From Balanoglossus misakiensis (Eukaryota > Animalia > Hemichordata): a stretch of 64,000 nt of DNA. The notes beneath the pieces were generated by a model. It saw only the letters and a list, made by a program, of their open reading frames with translations, made no database searches and was not told the origin of the DNA. Positions 28,316 through 39,536 of the stretch are shown piece after piece; positions within the stretch are counted from its first letter, which is position 1, and the number at the start of each line of letters is the position of its first letter. Both the position numbers and the translations under genes were made by a program. The stretch is taken from positions 7,065,186-7,129,185 of the forward strand of contig CM082589.2 in the NCBI GenBank assembly GCA_040954595.2, given 5' to 3'.

Positions 28316-31300
28316 ATGGCTGCGTCCACGTCCATGTTCGACTTCGGCCTTACAAGACAGAAGTTGATAGTGAGTAACCCTCCTTACGCCAAACTAGTTG
28401 TTAATTTTAATGATTTAGAAACCACACTTTCTTGGCCAAGCAAATTCCGACATTTTCTGTTTTTATTCAGGACAAACTAGACCGAGTGGTGTCGAGATTG
28501 GCCCAACGCTCATGTGCACCGAGTCAGTCACTACGAGCGTGCATAGGAACGTATGGCTGTGGTCTAACGTAAATTTAAGACTACTCGGTCCATTGTCGCC
28601 TGTAGACAGGGCTTAGCCGCCGTGTCGCTATGCGCGGTAGCTGGAGCCGCGAGGTTAGCTGCAGTTCATTAGCTCGAGGTTTTGCCTTGGTAGTATGTGC
28701 AAGGCAAAACCTCGAGCTATTGATCGGCAGTACCGCGATGTTCGTGGTTTTGCCTGATATTGGGTGTGGACGGTACCCCCCCCCCCCCCCCCCCGAGATA
28801 CGGTATAGGCCATCTCTGCATAACACCCTGACAGAACTTTAAAACACATATAGTCCAGTATTGTCACCTGCTTTACATTACAACATTTCTTGAGAATTAA
28901 ACTGTTTTACTTTTCTGTTACAGCAATCAATCAATGAAGCATTGGATTGTGACTCATTCAGTCCAATAGAAACATGTTTCAACGATTTGAATGGCAGGCA
29001 AGTAGTTTTGGAAAATATCTGGGGAAATATTATAACACATTAAATCACATCTTGGTCATCCCAGCAAATAACATTACTTGAAAAAAAAAAACAGTTAGAA
29101 AACAGTAGTCTTGTTCACATATCATCCAGTAGAGCATTGTAATGTTACAACACACCTTTGCATCAATCATACATGTACATTGACCCAGAGACCAATTTGT
29201 GAAAATTTTAAAACTAAATCTGATCTTTCTGTGTGTGGACAGTGATGGCGAGAAGAAGACTACATGTGATCAGTCTTTCAGAGATGTCATCAGAGATCTT
29301 GTCGTAAGTGAAGTCATGATTCACCTCTCAATGGATTGCTAAAATGTGTGCATTGTACAACTTCAGGAATTTTGATGTTGTAGGAATGTTGGCCGGTCAA
29401 CAATTCTTAAAATAAAGGGACAAAGTCTCTCTCTCGCTGCCCTTTTACCGTTAATTATGTTTGATACAAGACACCGTTTATGTTATTTTACATGTAGATG
29501 TATAGTGAATAACGTTCGACCACACACAACTTACTGTACATCCCGTTTGTAGGATATGAGAGTAGAAATCTTGCCAAAATGAATAAATGGTAGAGACCGA
29601 TTATTCATTTTGGCGAGTTGATTCACTATATTATCCACATGTACATTAACATCAACGATGTCTTGTATCAAACATAATTAAAGGGACAAAGCCTCTCTTT
29701 CGCCCTTTTTCCATTAATCATGATTGATACAAGACACCACTTATGTCATTCTACATGTGGATATATGGTGAATGAATGTTCGACCACATACAACTTCAAT
29801 CCCACTTGTAGACATCAGAGTGAAAAAAATGCAAAACATGAATAATCAGTGTTTACCATTTATTCATTTTGGCGACATTTTTACTGCAAACGGGATGGAA
29901 GTTGTGTGTGGTTGAACGTTCATTCACTACATATTCACATGTACATTAAAGTAAACGTTGTCTTGTATCAAGCATAATTAATGGTAAAAGGGCAGCGAGA
30001 GAGACTTTGTCCCTTTAATGGAAAACGGGGAAGAAGAGAGAGACTTTGTCCCTTTAATCTGTTCTCAGCTACAGTCACAAGGTCCGGATGCCTACATCAA
30101 GGCCGTGGAGCTGGCCATTGAAGCCGCCCACAAAGGAATATGCACTGCCTCGACCGCTTTTGTGCTGCTGACAGACATCTCTGAAGTTGTCACGCTGGAT
30201 TTCTGTGAAGATATCTTCAAGTTTGTCGAAGACAAGGTCTCAGTGTGGACACTGGTAAGAAGATGGTTTCCTTTACTTTGAAACCTTTTCCCAATGTATG
30301 TAGCAGTAACAGGAGAATGGATGTGGTATAACAACTTTTCACCTTTGCTTCTTTTCCGATTATTTCACAGCCGACATTCTACAATGCAGGGAAGAATTAC
30401 TTGCTTAGGATGTGTAATGGTGAGTAGAGTACCCTAACCCATGGTCACAGTGTACGTCATACATACTATAAAACACTTTATTTTCGCGAGCAATTAATTT
30501 TCGCCAAATACGCGAGAGCCAAAATAGCGTGAAAATAAAAAGTCGTGTAAATTGTTTTTGAAGATAACGTTGCAGTGAATGAAATAAGAGAACGCGAAAA
30601 TTAATACTCGCGAAACAGTGGCCTTTCTCGATATCGCGAAAAATTTAACTCGCGAAAATAAAGTGTTTTACAGTACATACATACTTGTAAACCCTTGTAC
30701 CACACTGTTTGGTACCACCCCATTGTTTACAATGGTACGGTTGTGTCTATTTACAGAAAACGGGGATGAAAGGGTATCAGACTCGTGCTGTTTGTTTACC
30801 TCTTTGTAGTTTTGTACACGTTTTCTCTACAATCGTTTCTCTTTTTCAGATCTTCTCCGGCGGTTATCGCAGCCCCAGAGAACGGTGTTCTGTGGTCGCA
30901 TCCAGCTCTTCCTGGCCAGGTTGTTTCCTCTCAATGAAAAGTCCGGCCTCAATTTGATGAGTCAGTTCAACCTGGAAAATGTGACGGTCTACAACACGAA
31001 GGATGTGGACGGCCTACTGAAGGTACTGTTTGGGGGCAGAACTACCATAAAACACTTCATTTTCGCGAGCAATAAATTTTCGCGAAAGACGCGAGAGCCA
31101 AAATAGCGAGAAAATAAAAAGTCGCATAATTTTTTTTGAAGATAACGATGCAGTGAATGAAATAAGAGAATGGCAAAATTAATACTCGCGATACAGTGGC
31201 CTCTCTCGATATCGCGTAAATTTCAAATCGCGAAAATAAAGTGTTTTACAGTATTGCATCATTGCTACTGTTTACAGTTGAATTCTATTCCAGACTTAAA

Positions 31301-34300
31301 GTCATTTTGAATAAGAAACTGCAGTTTATACACAAAACAAAAATACCGTACTGAAAAAAAATAGCCGATCGATACAGCTAATGGTGTTATCTGCTCATTG
31401 AATCGACAGCATGAGGAAAAAGATGACAGCATGGAGTTCGAAGAAGGCGAAATGGGCGAATCTATGGGTGGGACTCCCATCGATTACAACTTGTACAGAA
31501 AATTCTGGTCCCTTCAAGACTATTTCAGGTATCCTGTGCAGTGCTACAACAAAGAACACTGGAAGAAGTTTTCACAGGTATGTCAAAGATTTCAGTAATC
31601 ATGTTTGTCTTTCATTGGACTTCTTAGGACATTTATATGATACTGTACAGCCCTTACAAAACATTCTATGGATACCTATAAAATTTCTATAGACATCCGT
31701 AGAATTCTTACAAAACTTTCTATGGATATCTATAGAAATTCTATAGACATCCATAGAATTCTTTAGCCTATACATTTCTATCTAAGTTTATAGAATTTCT
31801 GTGCACATCTGTAAACTCTTTCTATTATCCACCCAATTTTTATTAAATAGTATAGATTTCTATAGAAAATCTACAGAATGCGCTATAATTCTATATGAAA
31901 AATTGTATGCAGAAATTAGATGTTACAGTTGTCCTGATGTCAAAGCTTTTTTTTCCCACTATCATGTTTTGTAGAATTCGGATGAAGTGTTGGGTGCATT
32001 CAGCAGTCTCAAGTTGGATGATGTCAGTGCGAGCAAGAGAAAATTAGAACAAATCAAGAAAGGACAACACACATATTTTGCCAAGTATCTGACCAGTGAG
32101 AAGGTTAGTTAAACATTCTTTTCTGTATTTGTTTGTTCAGCGGTTCAACCTTACGATAGAAAACAATGGGTTTGGACTGATTGAACCAGGGTGGGTATGG
32201 AGTTAAACCCCGGTGCGGAAAGGCCAGGGGTTCGGATTAACGTGTGTTTGTATAGTTGTTTATTTGGGAGTGGTCATCGTGCATAATGACTGTGTAATTG
32301 ATCTCATGTACATAGAAAATAATTGAACACTTTACACTTCCACGCGATTGACAGCTGTTTGAAAGGCGTGGTTATTGCTTCCCAGGGACGCTTCTGAAAA
32401 GCACTGAAACCAGATTTCTCCCAAAATCATCGTTGTTTCATAAGCTTGTGTACTTTTTCGTCGATAACTTTATGTTGTGTGTGTTTATAAAGCCAACTAC
32501 TGTCGTTGTGTGGTGTAATTCTTTATGCTTGGACCTGTTTGGGCCGATTTTCATAGAGCCAAGATCGTTGGTGTTGTCTGTTGTCAGTCAAACGGCATTA
32601 AGATTCGCCACTGATTTGGGGGGTCATTTATACCCCGCACCGGGGTTTAACACACAGCGCTCACAAATTTCTCTTCTCAGCTGTTTGACCTTCAGCTGAG
32701 TGACAGCAATTTCAGAAGATACGTCTTGGTGCAGTTTCTTATTCTGTTCCAGTATCTCAATGCCACGGTCAAGTTCAAAGGGTAAGTCCATACGTATGTG
32801 CTACAAAACAGATGAAAAGACATTGATTCAATTATCCAAGAGCATAAATAATGTGATTGTACAAAAAGGAATTTCTAGGCTTATGATACACAAGAATTAT
32901 GTAGGGGGGTTGTTATATTGAACCCATATTCAAAGTCTGATCACTGGGGTTGTTTGAAATGCAATTTGCTATGCAGAGCACAGTATTCAGACTGTTCGCA
33001 GTTATAGTGATGAATATCAAGTGGGTCAGTCCAACCACAGTCCATCTGTGGAATTTGCACTGGGTGCTTGTAGATAATGTACACAGTATATGAATTCTGG
33101 TTTTGGACAAGCTTACTTATATTGTCTTATATTTTTTTCACAGTGCGGCACAAGTACTGACAGACGAGCAAGCTCTTTGGATCAAAGACACCTCGGAAAA
33201 GGTCTACCAGTTGATGAAGGAGACACCTCCCCATGGTGCAGAATTCGCCAAGAGTATCGAGGTCAGTAAATTCTGTAAAACACTTTATTTTTCGGGAGCA
33301 ATAAATTTTCTCGAAATACGCGAGAGCCAAAATATGGTTGAAAATAAAAAATCGCGTAATTTTTTTTGAAGATAACGATGCAGTGAATGAAATAAGAGAA
33401 CGCGAAAATTAATACACGCGAAACAGTGGCCCCTCTCGATATCGCGAAAATTTCAACTCGCGAAAATAAAGCGTTTTACAGTATACACTGTGTACAAATT
33501 AGGGTGGGGGGTGAGGGGGTGGGAGGGAGGCGTGAAGAAAGGACTGAAATTTCTGGTAATATTACTAACTGGAGAAGCTGGTTTGATAATAATTTCAGCA
33601 CATAGTTGCTTGGTTGACATGACTGGTATTGGCCCAGTTGTACATGTACATTGAATAATGTCATTTTCGAAGTTTCATACTCGCTGCCATACATACTACC
33701 TCTGGAGAATATGTCTTATGGTCTGAAATGAACAGATCAGCCATTTGAAGTCTTGAGTTTTGTTTTTCCAACACAGCACATGCTGAGCAGGGAAGAGAAC
33801 TGGAATTCCTGGAAAAACGATGGCTGTCCAGAGTTCATCCGGGAAAAGTAAGACAATCAATTTCATAGAAATTTACATTTTTTTCAAATTCTAATTTCAA
33901 CAACATGGACAGTATTACCACAAATTATATTTTGTTGCAATTTTTTTTTGGCAAAGCATACCATACAGGAAGACTTAATTTTGTTTCCCTTTTTTTTTTC
34001 AGGCAAGCAGATTCTACAGGAACTCTTCAGAAGAAACCAAGGTTGGTTTTTCACATTGAATCGTCTTCAGAAGATACAGGAATTTTCCCCCTGCAATAAA
34101 TTTTTAAATAAATTACCTTTTTCGCCATTTTCCTTTCAGAACCAGGAAGCGAAGCATCGGTGAAGACATGAAATCTGCCGGACCGAATAAAAAGATTGAT
34201 CTGGGAAGTCCGGAATTGACCAGGCTCTGGAATATCAACCCGGACAATTTTGCTGCTTGTCAAGAGGAAAAGAGGTAGGTGTCTTGCATTCCTTTGTTTC

Positions 34301-37201
34301 TCAGGGTTGCTCTTCCCTGAATTCAGTTTCCATATACAGTAAAACTCCAATTATCCGAACTCCAATTATCCGAACTGTTTGGTTATCCGAACTGCTGTCA
34401 TGTCCCCCAAACGGTTCTATTGTATAGGATCGTTATCCGAATAACTGAACTGTCTGCATATCCGAACAAAATCAATGTCCCCCTGTCAGTTCGGATAATC
34501 GAATTTTACTGTAGTCCGTTTCATAGCCTTTTCTGAATAGACAGTTCCTGGAATCATTCCAAGAAACCAGTCTCTGCGTAGTGATTCCACAGCCCGTTTT
34601 TTGGATACATGTATGTGTGGCTTATGTTTCCAGGCAATTTCTGCCGTCACTGGAAAATTTCTTCGAAGAAGCCATCGAGCAATCCGACCCAGATGCCATG
34701 ATTGAAGACGAGTACAAGTGAGTTAAAATCTTCTCTGTCAATCCATTGATTTTTACCCTGCCGTTGCCGAACTTTGGTTCAATCCCATTGTTTCTGATCA
34801 CTATCTTCCTTCTATTAGTATTGAATGACACCGCACTTCACTTAACCTCAGATAATTTCTCCAATACACCCTTTTCATAAGTCTACCGCCCTCACACAAC
34901 CATCATGAATTTGAACTCAAAGCGAGGCCAATGGGGAAATCCCCCTTGATGTGATTGGTCAACTTGAGTTCAACTTCATGATGGCTGCAAGAGGGCGCTA
35001 GACTTATGAAAAGGATGTATTGCAATTCAAATGGTTTGCACACATGTACATTTATCTCTCTCCTTCCAGACTTGTCAACAACAGTAACTATGCGTGGAGG
35101 GCGCTGCGTCTGATGGCCAGGAAGAGCCCACACTTCTTTCAACCCAGCAACCAGCCCTGCAAAACCATTCCCATATACCTAGAGAACATGATTACCAAAC
35201 TAGCCAAAGAAAAACCGGTGAGTCTTACGACGGCAGAATTTGTGTTAAAGGCACGTAAGCTGCAACTGGATAAAACATTAAAGTTTTAAATAATCTCATA
35301 TATGCTTTTAATTATGTCTATTAAATGCTATTTCATGATAATATATCAAGCTCAACACTTATTTATGACAAAATGGCCAAAAATTAAAGAAAAACGAAAA
35401 TTCCTGCAATTTTAAAAAAGTGCAATATTGCAATGAAAAATGAAAATCTGATGTCTCAGTGGTGTACATTTACTTCCATGAGCTCAAGTGGATGAGATCA
35501 TGTTTTGTTTATGAAGTTTCACAACCGGAAATGCAACATTTTCATTGTTTCTTGCATTTTCCCACGGTGGCGGCCATAATCGCTTGCGGCAAAGGTTTAT
35601 TATTTATCTGGTTAAAACTTGCATATGCACTCATATTTAGGGTTTATAATGCTTGTGTATTGTTGACTACCTTCATCTGCATGGACTAATGGTAGTGCAG
35701 TGTGAAACAAAAATTATGAAAATTATCCCAAAAGTTACAGCTTACGTGCCTTTAACATATTGAGAGAATTTAAATGTCGCATTTCTCATCCAGACTATCG
35801 ATGCTATACAAAATTTCAACAGGAACCGTTGCCATGAACAATCTTCAGCATCTCCAACCCCCGCTAAGACTCACTAGACACATGCATATAGTAAAAGTTA
35901 TAAAATTCCCAAATTCAAAACAGACTACAGAAAATATTCCTTCTTTCCAAGAACAATCAAAGACTGGAATAGTATACCACCAGACATCATATCTGCAGGG
36001 TCATATGAATCCTTCAAATCTTCTTTGGCACTGCACTTCACCAAACCAGAAAACTGACATTTTTGAAGCCTTCAATATGTTGAAGTTGGCCAGTAAGGTG
36101 GATTGATAGATCTTTTATATTTCACATTTTTTCTCTCTCGCAGTCACAACAAGCTCCAACGGAAGAAATCAAAACACAGGATGAGAATGAAGAAAACGAC
36201 GAGTTTTTGAAAAACACAGAAGATAGTCAAAGTAAGTGACCCTTTGACCTTTGTTCCCTGACCCCCCCTAGACTCGGTTACCCAGACTCTCTTCTCTAAC
36301 TCTCGTCTTCGGAGGGCGCTGTGCGAGAAAGAGAGTCTGGAATCACTGCAGGTTAAATTTTCCGCGCCGGAAGTGTCTTGGATGACCCTGGATCCAATAA
36401 CAACACGATTCATTCCTCCATTCCCTGGGATTTGTTATTGTATCCAGGGTGCACCGCTCGATTAGTAAAAGACGCTTCCGGCGCGGAAAATTTAACCTGC
36501 AGTGATCCCAGACTAAGAGAAGAGAGTAAGAGAAGAGAGACTATGACCCCATGACCTATGACACCTTGAAAGGTATACAGTCACCTATGCAAATTTAGCT
36601 ACAGTTACCATGGTAAATTGAGATCTAACCAATCACAGATTTTCAGTGGGTTGCACGCGTGAAAAAAAAAAAGCGCCACCATACTTTCTTCAGAACTCAA
36701 CATGTACGCCATTTCAGCCATATTTGGAGGTGACTATGCAAATTTAGCTACAGTTACCATGGTAAATTGAGATCTAACCAATCACAGATTTTCAGTGGGT
36801 TGCACGCGTGAAAAAAAAAAGCGCCACCATACGTTCTTCAGAACTCAACATATACGCCATTTCAGCCATATTTGGAGGTGACCGTATGTTTTTATTTTGT
36901 TTCCCCAGCTCCAGATCAGGCAAGCATCGTGACGTTGGACCAGCTGGAAGCCGTGGCCAACAAGCTGGGCGACAACTGGAAGACGCTGGCCACCGAGCTG
37001 AACCTGACCAACGAGGAAATCACAACGCTGCAGACGGACAACCCGGAAGTCAAGGAGCAGGCCAAACAGATGCTGCTCAGCTGGCAAACCAAGGAAGGCA
37101 GCTGCGCGGTCAAAGACGTTCTCGTCAACGCGCTTCAAGAAAGTGGACTTACAGACATTGTTGAATCGGTGTTCACTGAGACGGAACCTGAAGAAACCTG
37201 A
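28316..37201 (+). CDS. THOC1: THO complex subunit 1 (Hpr1/p84) with C-terminal death domain, ~656 aa; exons 28316-28369, 28924-28997, 29243-29303, 30069-30254, 30371-30419, 30850-31022, 31410-31577, 31975-32103, 32681-32781, 33144-33261, 33777-33847, 34003-34041, 34140-34274, 34634-34717, 35070-35217, 36144-36231, 36909-37201
   Basis: Motifs GKNYLLRMCNDLLRRLS, FCGRIQLFLARLFPL.EKSGLNLMSQFN, IDYNLYRKFWSLQDYFR, YFAKYLTSEKL, WNSWKNDGCP, WRALRLMARKSPHFF. Death-domain last exon. The 17 exons sum to an intact frame. Confidence 0.95.
29412..30057. mobile_element. Self-nested TTAA MITE (AGGGACAAAGTCTCTCTC TIR): inner 29682-30014 inside outer 29416-30053
   Basis: The inner copy is flanked by TTAA on both sides and splits the outer copy's cataaTTAAtgg site. 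Other copies at 47789-47900 (truncated) and 60855-61211. Confidence 0.85.
30464..30675. mobile_element. TA-flanked ~210-bp MITE, copy 1 of 4
   Basis: tact(g/a)taaaacactttatttt...aaaataaagtgttttacagta. Copies at 31043-31253, 33271-33483 and 63558-63768. Confidence 0.9.
31043..31253. mobile_element. TA-flanked ~210-bp MITE, copy 2
   Basis: Near-identical to 30464-30675. Confidence 0.9.
31650..31900. repeat. Degenerate TATAGAAATTC-type tandem/low-complexity repeat
   Basis: Repeated ttctatag/tatagaaa units. Confidence 0.6.
32203..32650. mobile_element. TTAA-flanked ~450-bp non-autonomous DNA transposon (ACCCCGGTGCGG TIR)
   Basis: TTAA-accccggtgcgg...ccgcaccggggt-TTAA. Second highly similar copy at 46463-46919. 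Confidence 0.9.
33271..33483. mobile_element. TA-flanked ~210-bp MITE, copy 3
   Basis: Near-identical to 30464-30675. Confidence 0.9.
34335..34513. mobile_element. TA-CAGT-ended MITE with internal TATCCGAA repeats
   Basis: tacagtaaaactc...gaattttactgta with iterated tatccgaa. Confidence 0.8.
35245..35755. mobile_element. TTAA-flanked MITE (AGGCACGTAAGCTG TIR)
   Basis: TTAA-aggcacgtaagctg...cagcttacgtgcct-TTAA. Confidence 0.85.
35786..36100 (+). mobile_element. 5'-truncated, frameshifted LINE (CR1/L2-type) ORF2 C-terminal remnant in THOC1 intron 15
   Basis: SRLSMLYKI..., then after a frameshift YKIPKFKTDYRKYSFFPRTIKDWNSIP..ESFK, the typical SFFPRT..WN..P ORF2 tail. Confidence 0.8.
36269..36540. 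mobile_element. Nested TAG[AT]CT-type MITEs (inner 36333-36515)
   Basis: Inner TIR agtctggaatcactgcaggttaaattttccgcgccggaag with its mirror. Approximate 9-bp TSD (c/a)gagaaaga. Confidence 0.7.
36571..36887. mobile_element. AGGTATACAGTCACCT MITE with an internal ~149-bp tandem duplication
   Basis: Units 36586-36734 and 36735-36882 are near-identical. Inverted relative to 945-1129. Confidence 0.85.
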
Positions 37202-37965
37202 TTGTTACTTTTTAACGAGTTCGAGTGAAACTGTCCTTTATTTCTTGTATGGCTCGATCTGTATGTCTGTTTCCATAGTTAGAACACATTGCGTACAATG
37301 CTCTGGTATGTTTGGCTCATAACAGTGGATTGAATGGTCAATGCTGTCCCCAGCTGTTGTTTGTTATGAAAAAGAATTTTTACAACTAAATTCCACTGGA
37401 TGAAATGTCCACGTTACAGCTCTCTGTACTGCCAGCAAGGTGAAGACAAGGTCAACAGATAATCTGGAAGTCTATAATAGAATTTAACACTCTTGAAAAC
37501 GCTGGTTGATAAGACTTAGGGAAAATTCAGGAATTTAGAGCATGTGAAAAAACAATAGTATCGGTCCATTCTCTTCAGTAGATATTACTATTATCATCAT
37601 TTGGATGGACAGACAGACAACACTTAGCCAAGTTCAAGAGTGCATTTGCAGGTTGCAATTTATTTTTACATCAAAATTTCATTGAACAAGAAGCTGACGT
37701 TTCAAGTGTATATTTTGTCGTAATTACACAATAGAACACCAAAGTGGGTTTTGCGTTACTTCACTACATGACAGCAGTCTGAATACAAAATAAAAGTACT
37801 ACCAAAAAATACCCCCATTAAACCCCTGGGCTGAGTTTGAACTTTGGTCGTTGGTGGCGCTAGGCTGGCCAAGCCGAGTTTGAATTGTGGCCGTTGGTGG
37901 CGCTGCTACACCCTGGCCCGTGGGTAAAGATACAAGAATGCTGCGATGAGCCAAGTTGTGTTGTA

Positions 37966-38870
37966 ACACACCATGCAGCGAACCCTCGATCGTGATTCGT
38001 CAATACGCCGTCACGTGACCTTTGTCATTTCGAATTATAACACACCATGCAGCGAACCCTCGATCGTGATTCGTCAATACGACGTCGCGTGACCTTAGTC
38101 ATTTCGAACTGATGCCCCGGTTTGGTGTGTTATAAAACACATGATGACTGACATATTCAGGCAACAGTGTATTTTTAATGACCTTGGGACTGCCAGTCAC
38201 ACCAAAACAGTCTGTTTTCCCTCGGGCTATGCCCTCGGGAAAAAAAGACTGTTTTAGTTGTGACTAGCAGCACCCTCGGTCATCAAAATACACTGTTGCC
38301 CTCATTGTCAGTCATCATGTGTATACTGTTCCCTAGGGCATAATTTCGATCAGTTTCTGCCTGGTACTGTTGCCCTGTCTTGATATAATTCCGTGTTTGG
38401 TGTGTTACAAAACACATGATGACTGACAATGAGGGCAACAGTGTATTTTATGACCTCGGGACTGCCAGTCACACCAAAACAGTCTGTTTTCCCTCGGGCT
38501 ATGCCCTCGGGAAAACAAGACTGTTTTAGTTGTGACTAGCAGTGCCCTCGGTCATCAAAATACACTGTTGCCCTCATTGTCAGTCATCATGTGTATACTG
38601 TTCCCTAGGGCATAATTTCGATCAGTTTCTGCCTGGTACTGTTGCCCTGTCTTGATATAATTCCGTGTTTGGTGTGTTACAAAACACATGATGACTGACA
38701 ATGAGGGCAACAGTGTATTTTATGACCTCGGGACTGCCAGTCACACCAAAACAGTCTGTTTTCCCTCGGGCTATGCCCTCGGGAAAACAAGACTGTTTTA
38801 GTTGTGACTAGCAGTGCCCTCGGTCATCAAAATACACTGTTGCCCTCATTGTCAGTCATCATGTGTTTAC
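37966..38870. repeat. Tandem array: two 73-bp units, then three ~272-bp units each containing a ~185-bp palindrome
   Basis: Large units start at 38120, 38395 and 38667. Each has acacatgatgactgaca...tgtcagtcatcatgtgt arms around ccctcgggctatgccctcggg. Confidence 0.9.
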
Positions 38871-39536
38871 TGCACCCTATCATAGGGGAGAACCCTTTTT
38901 TCGGGGGTGGGGGGGGGGGTTGACAGAAAGAGCGATCTTCAATACAATATGAACTGAGGATTGAAAACACTTTTTTTCATCTGATGAAGGAGACTCAATG
39001 TATTCAAAAGCACATGCGTCAGTACCAATTACCGGTAGATGATCTTGTCAAACCCTACTTCGCGTAAATTACACAATAGAATACAAGAGAAAAAAAACTA
39101 AGCTATTGGTTTTATAGGTCTTGCATTAAAATACTTGAAATTTCACAAGTCTAAAACTGAATAGTCGTCAGCGCTCAAACAATCTTCATTGGTAAAGTGG
39201 ATGACCTAATCTATCCTATGCTAGAGGTTCTGAATAGATGTCATATGATCTTGCAAATGTCAGACTAATTTTGGCTATGTTCATAATCATAAGATGAAAG
39301 TGAGTACGCACTTTCATAGTACAACATTCGTTTGTATTCCAACTGCAGGCAATGTCCAATAAACTTTCGCAGCCTACTAGATGCAGACCCTGCGACATGT
39401 TGAAAGAGTTTCTGGAAATATAAAGTCTATCTGCAGACTTAACAATTCTCTCATGTTGATGTCTCCTTACACCACAAATCTTCTCCTGGCTTAGTCAGTC
39501 CTGATCTCATGGTTTATGTAATGGCATCCACAGTTT

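Noticed and set aside
32433-32699. Repeated ORF also at 46701; likewise ORFs at 48950/51099/56064 and 24057/61368
   Set aside because: Translations of non-coding MITE copies with no transposase motifs.
37966-38870. Repeat array as a possible CRISPR
   Set aside because: Long near-identical units without unique spacers, no cas genes, eukaryotic context.
38981-39022. CTGATGA-containing hammerhead/Penelope-like motif
   Set aside because: No intact GAAA with convincing stems II and III. The similar site at ~522 also fails.
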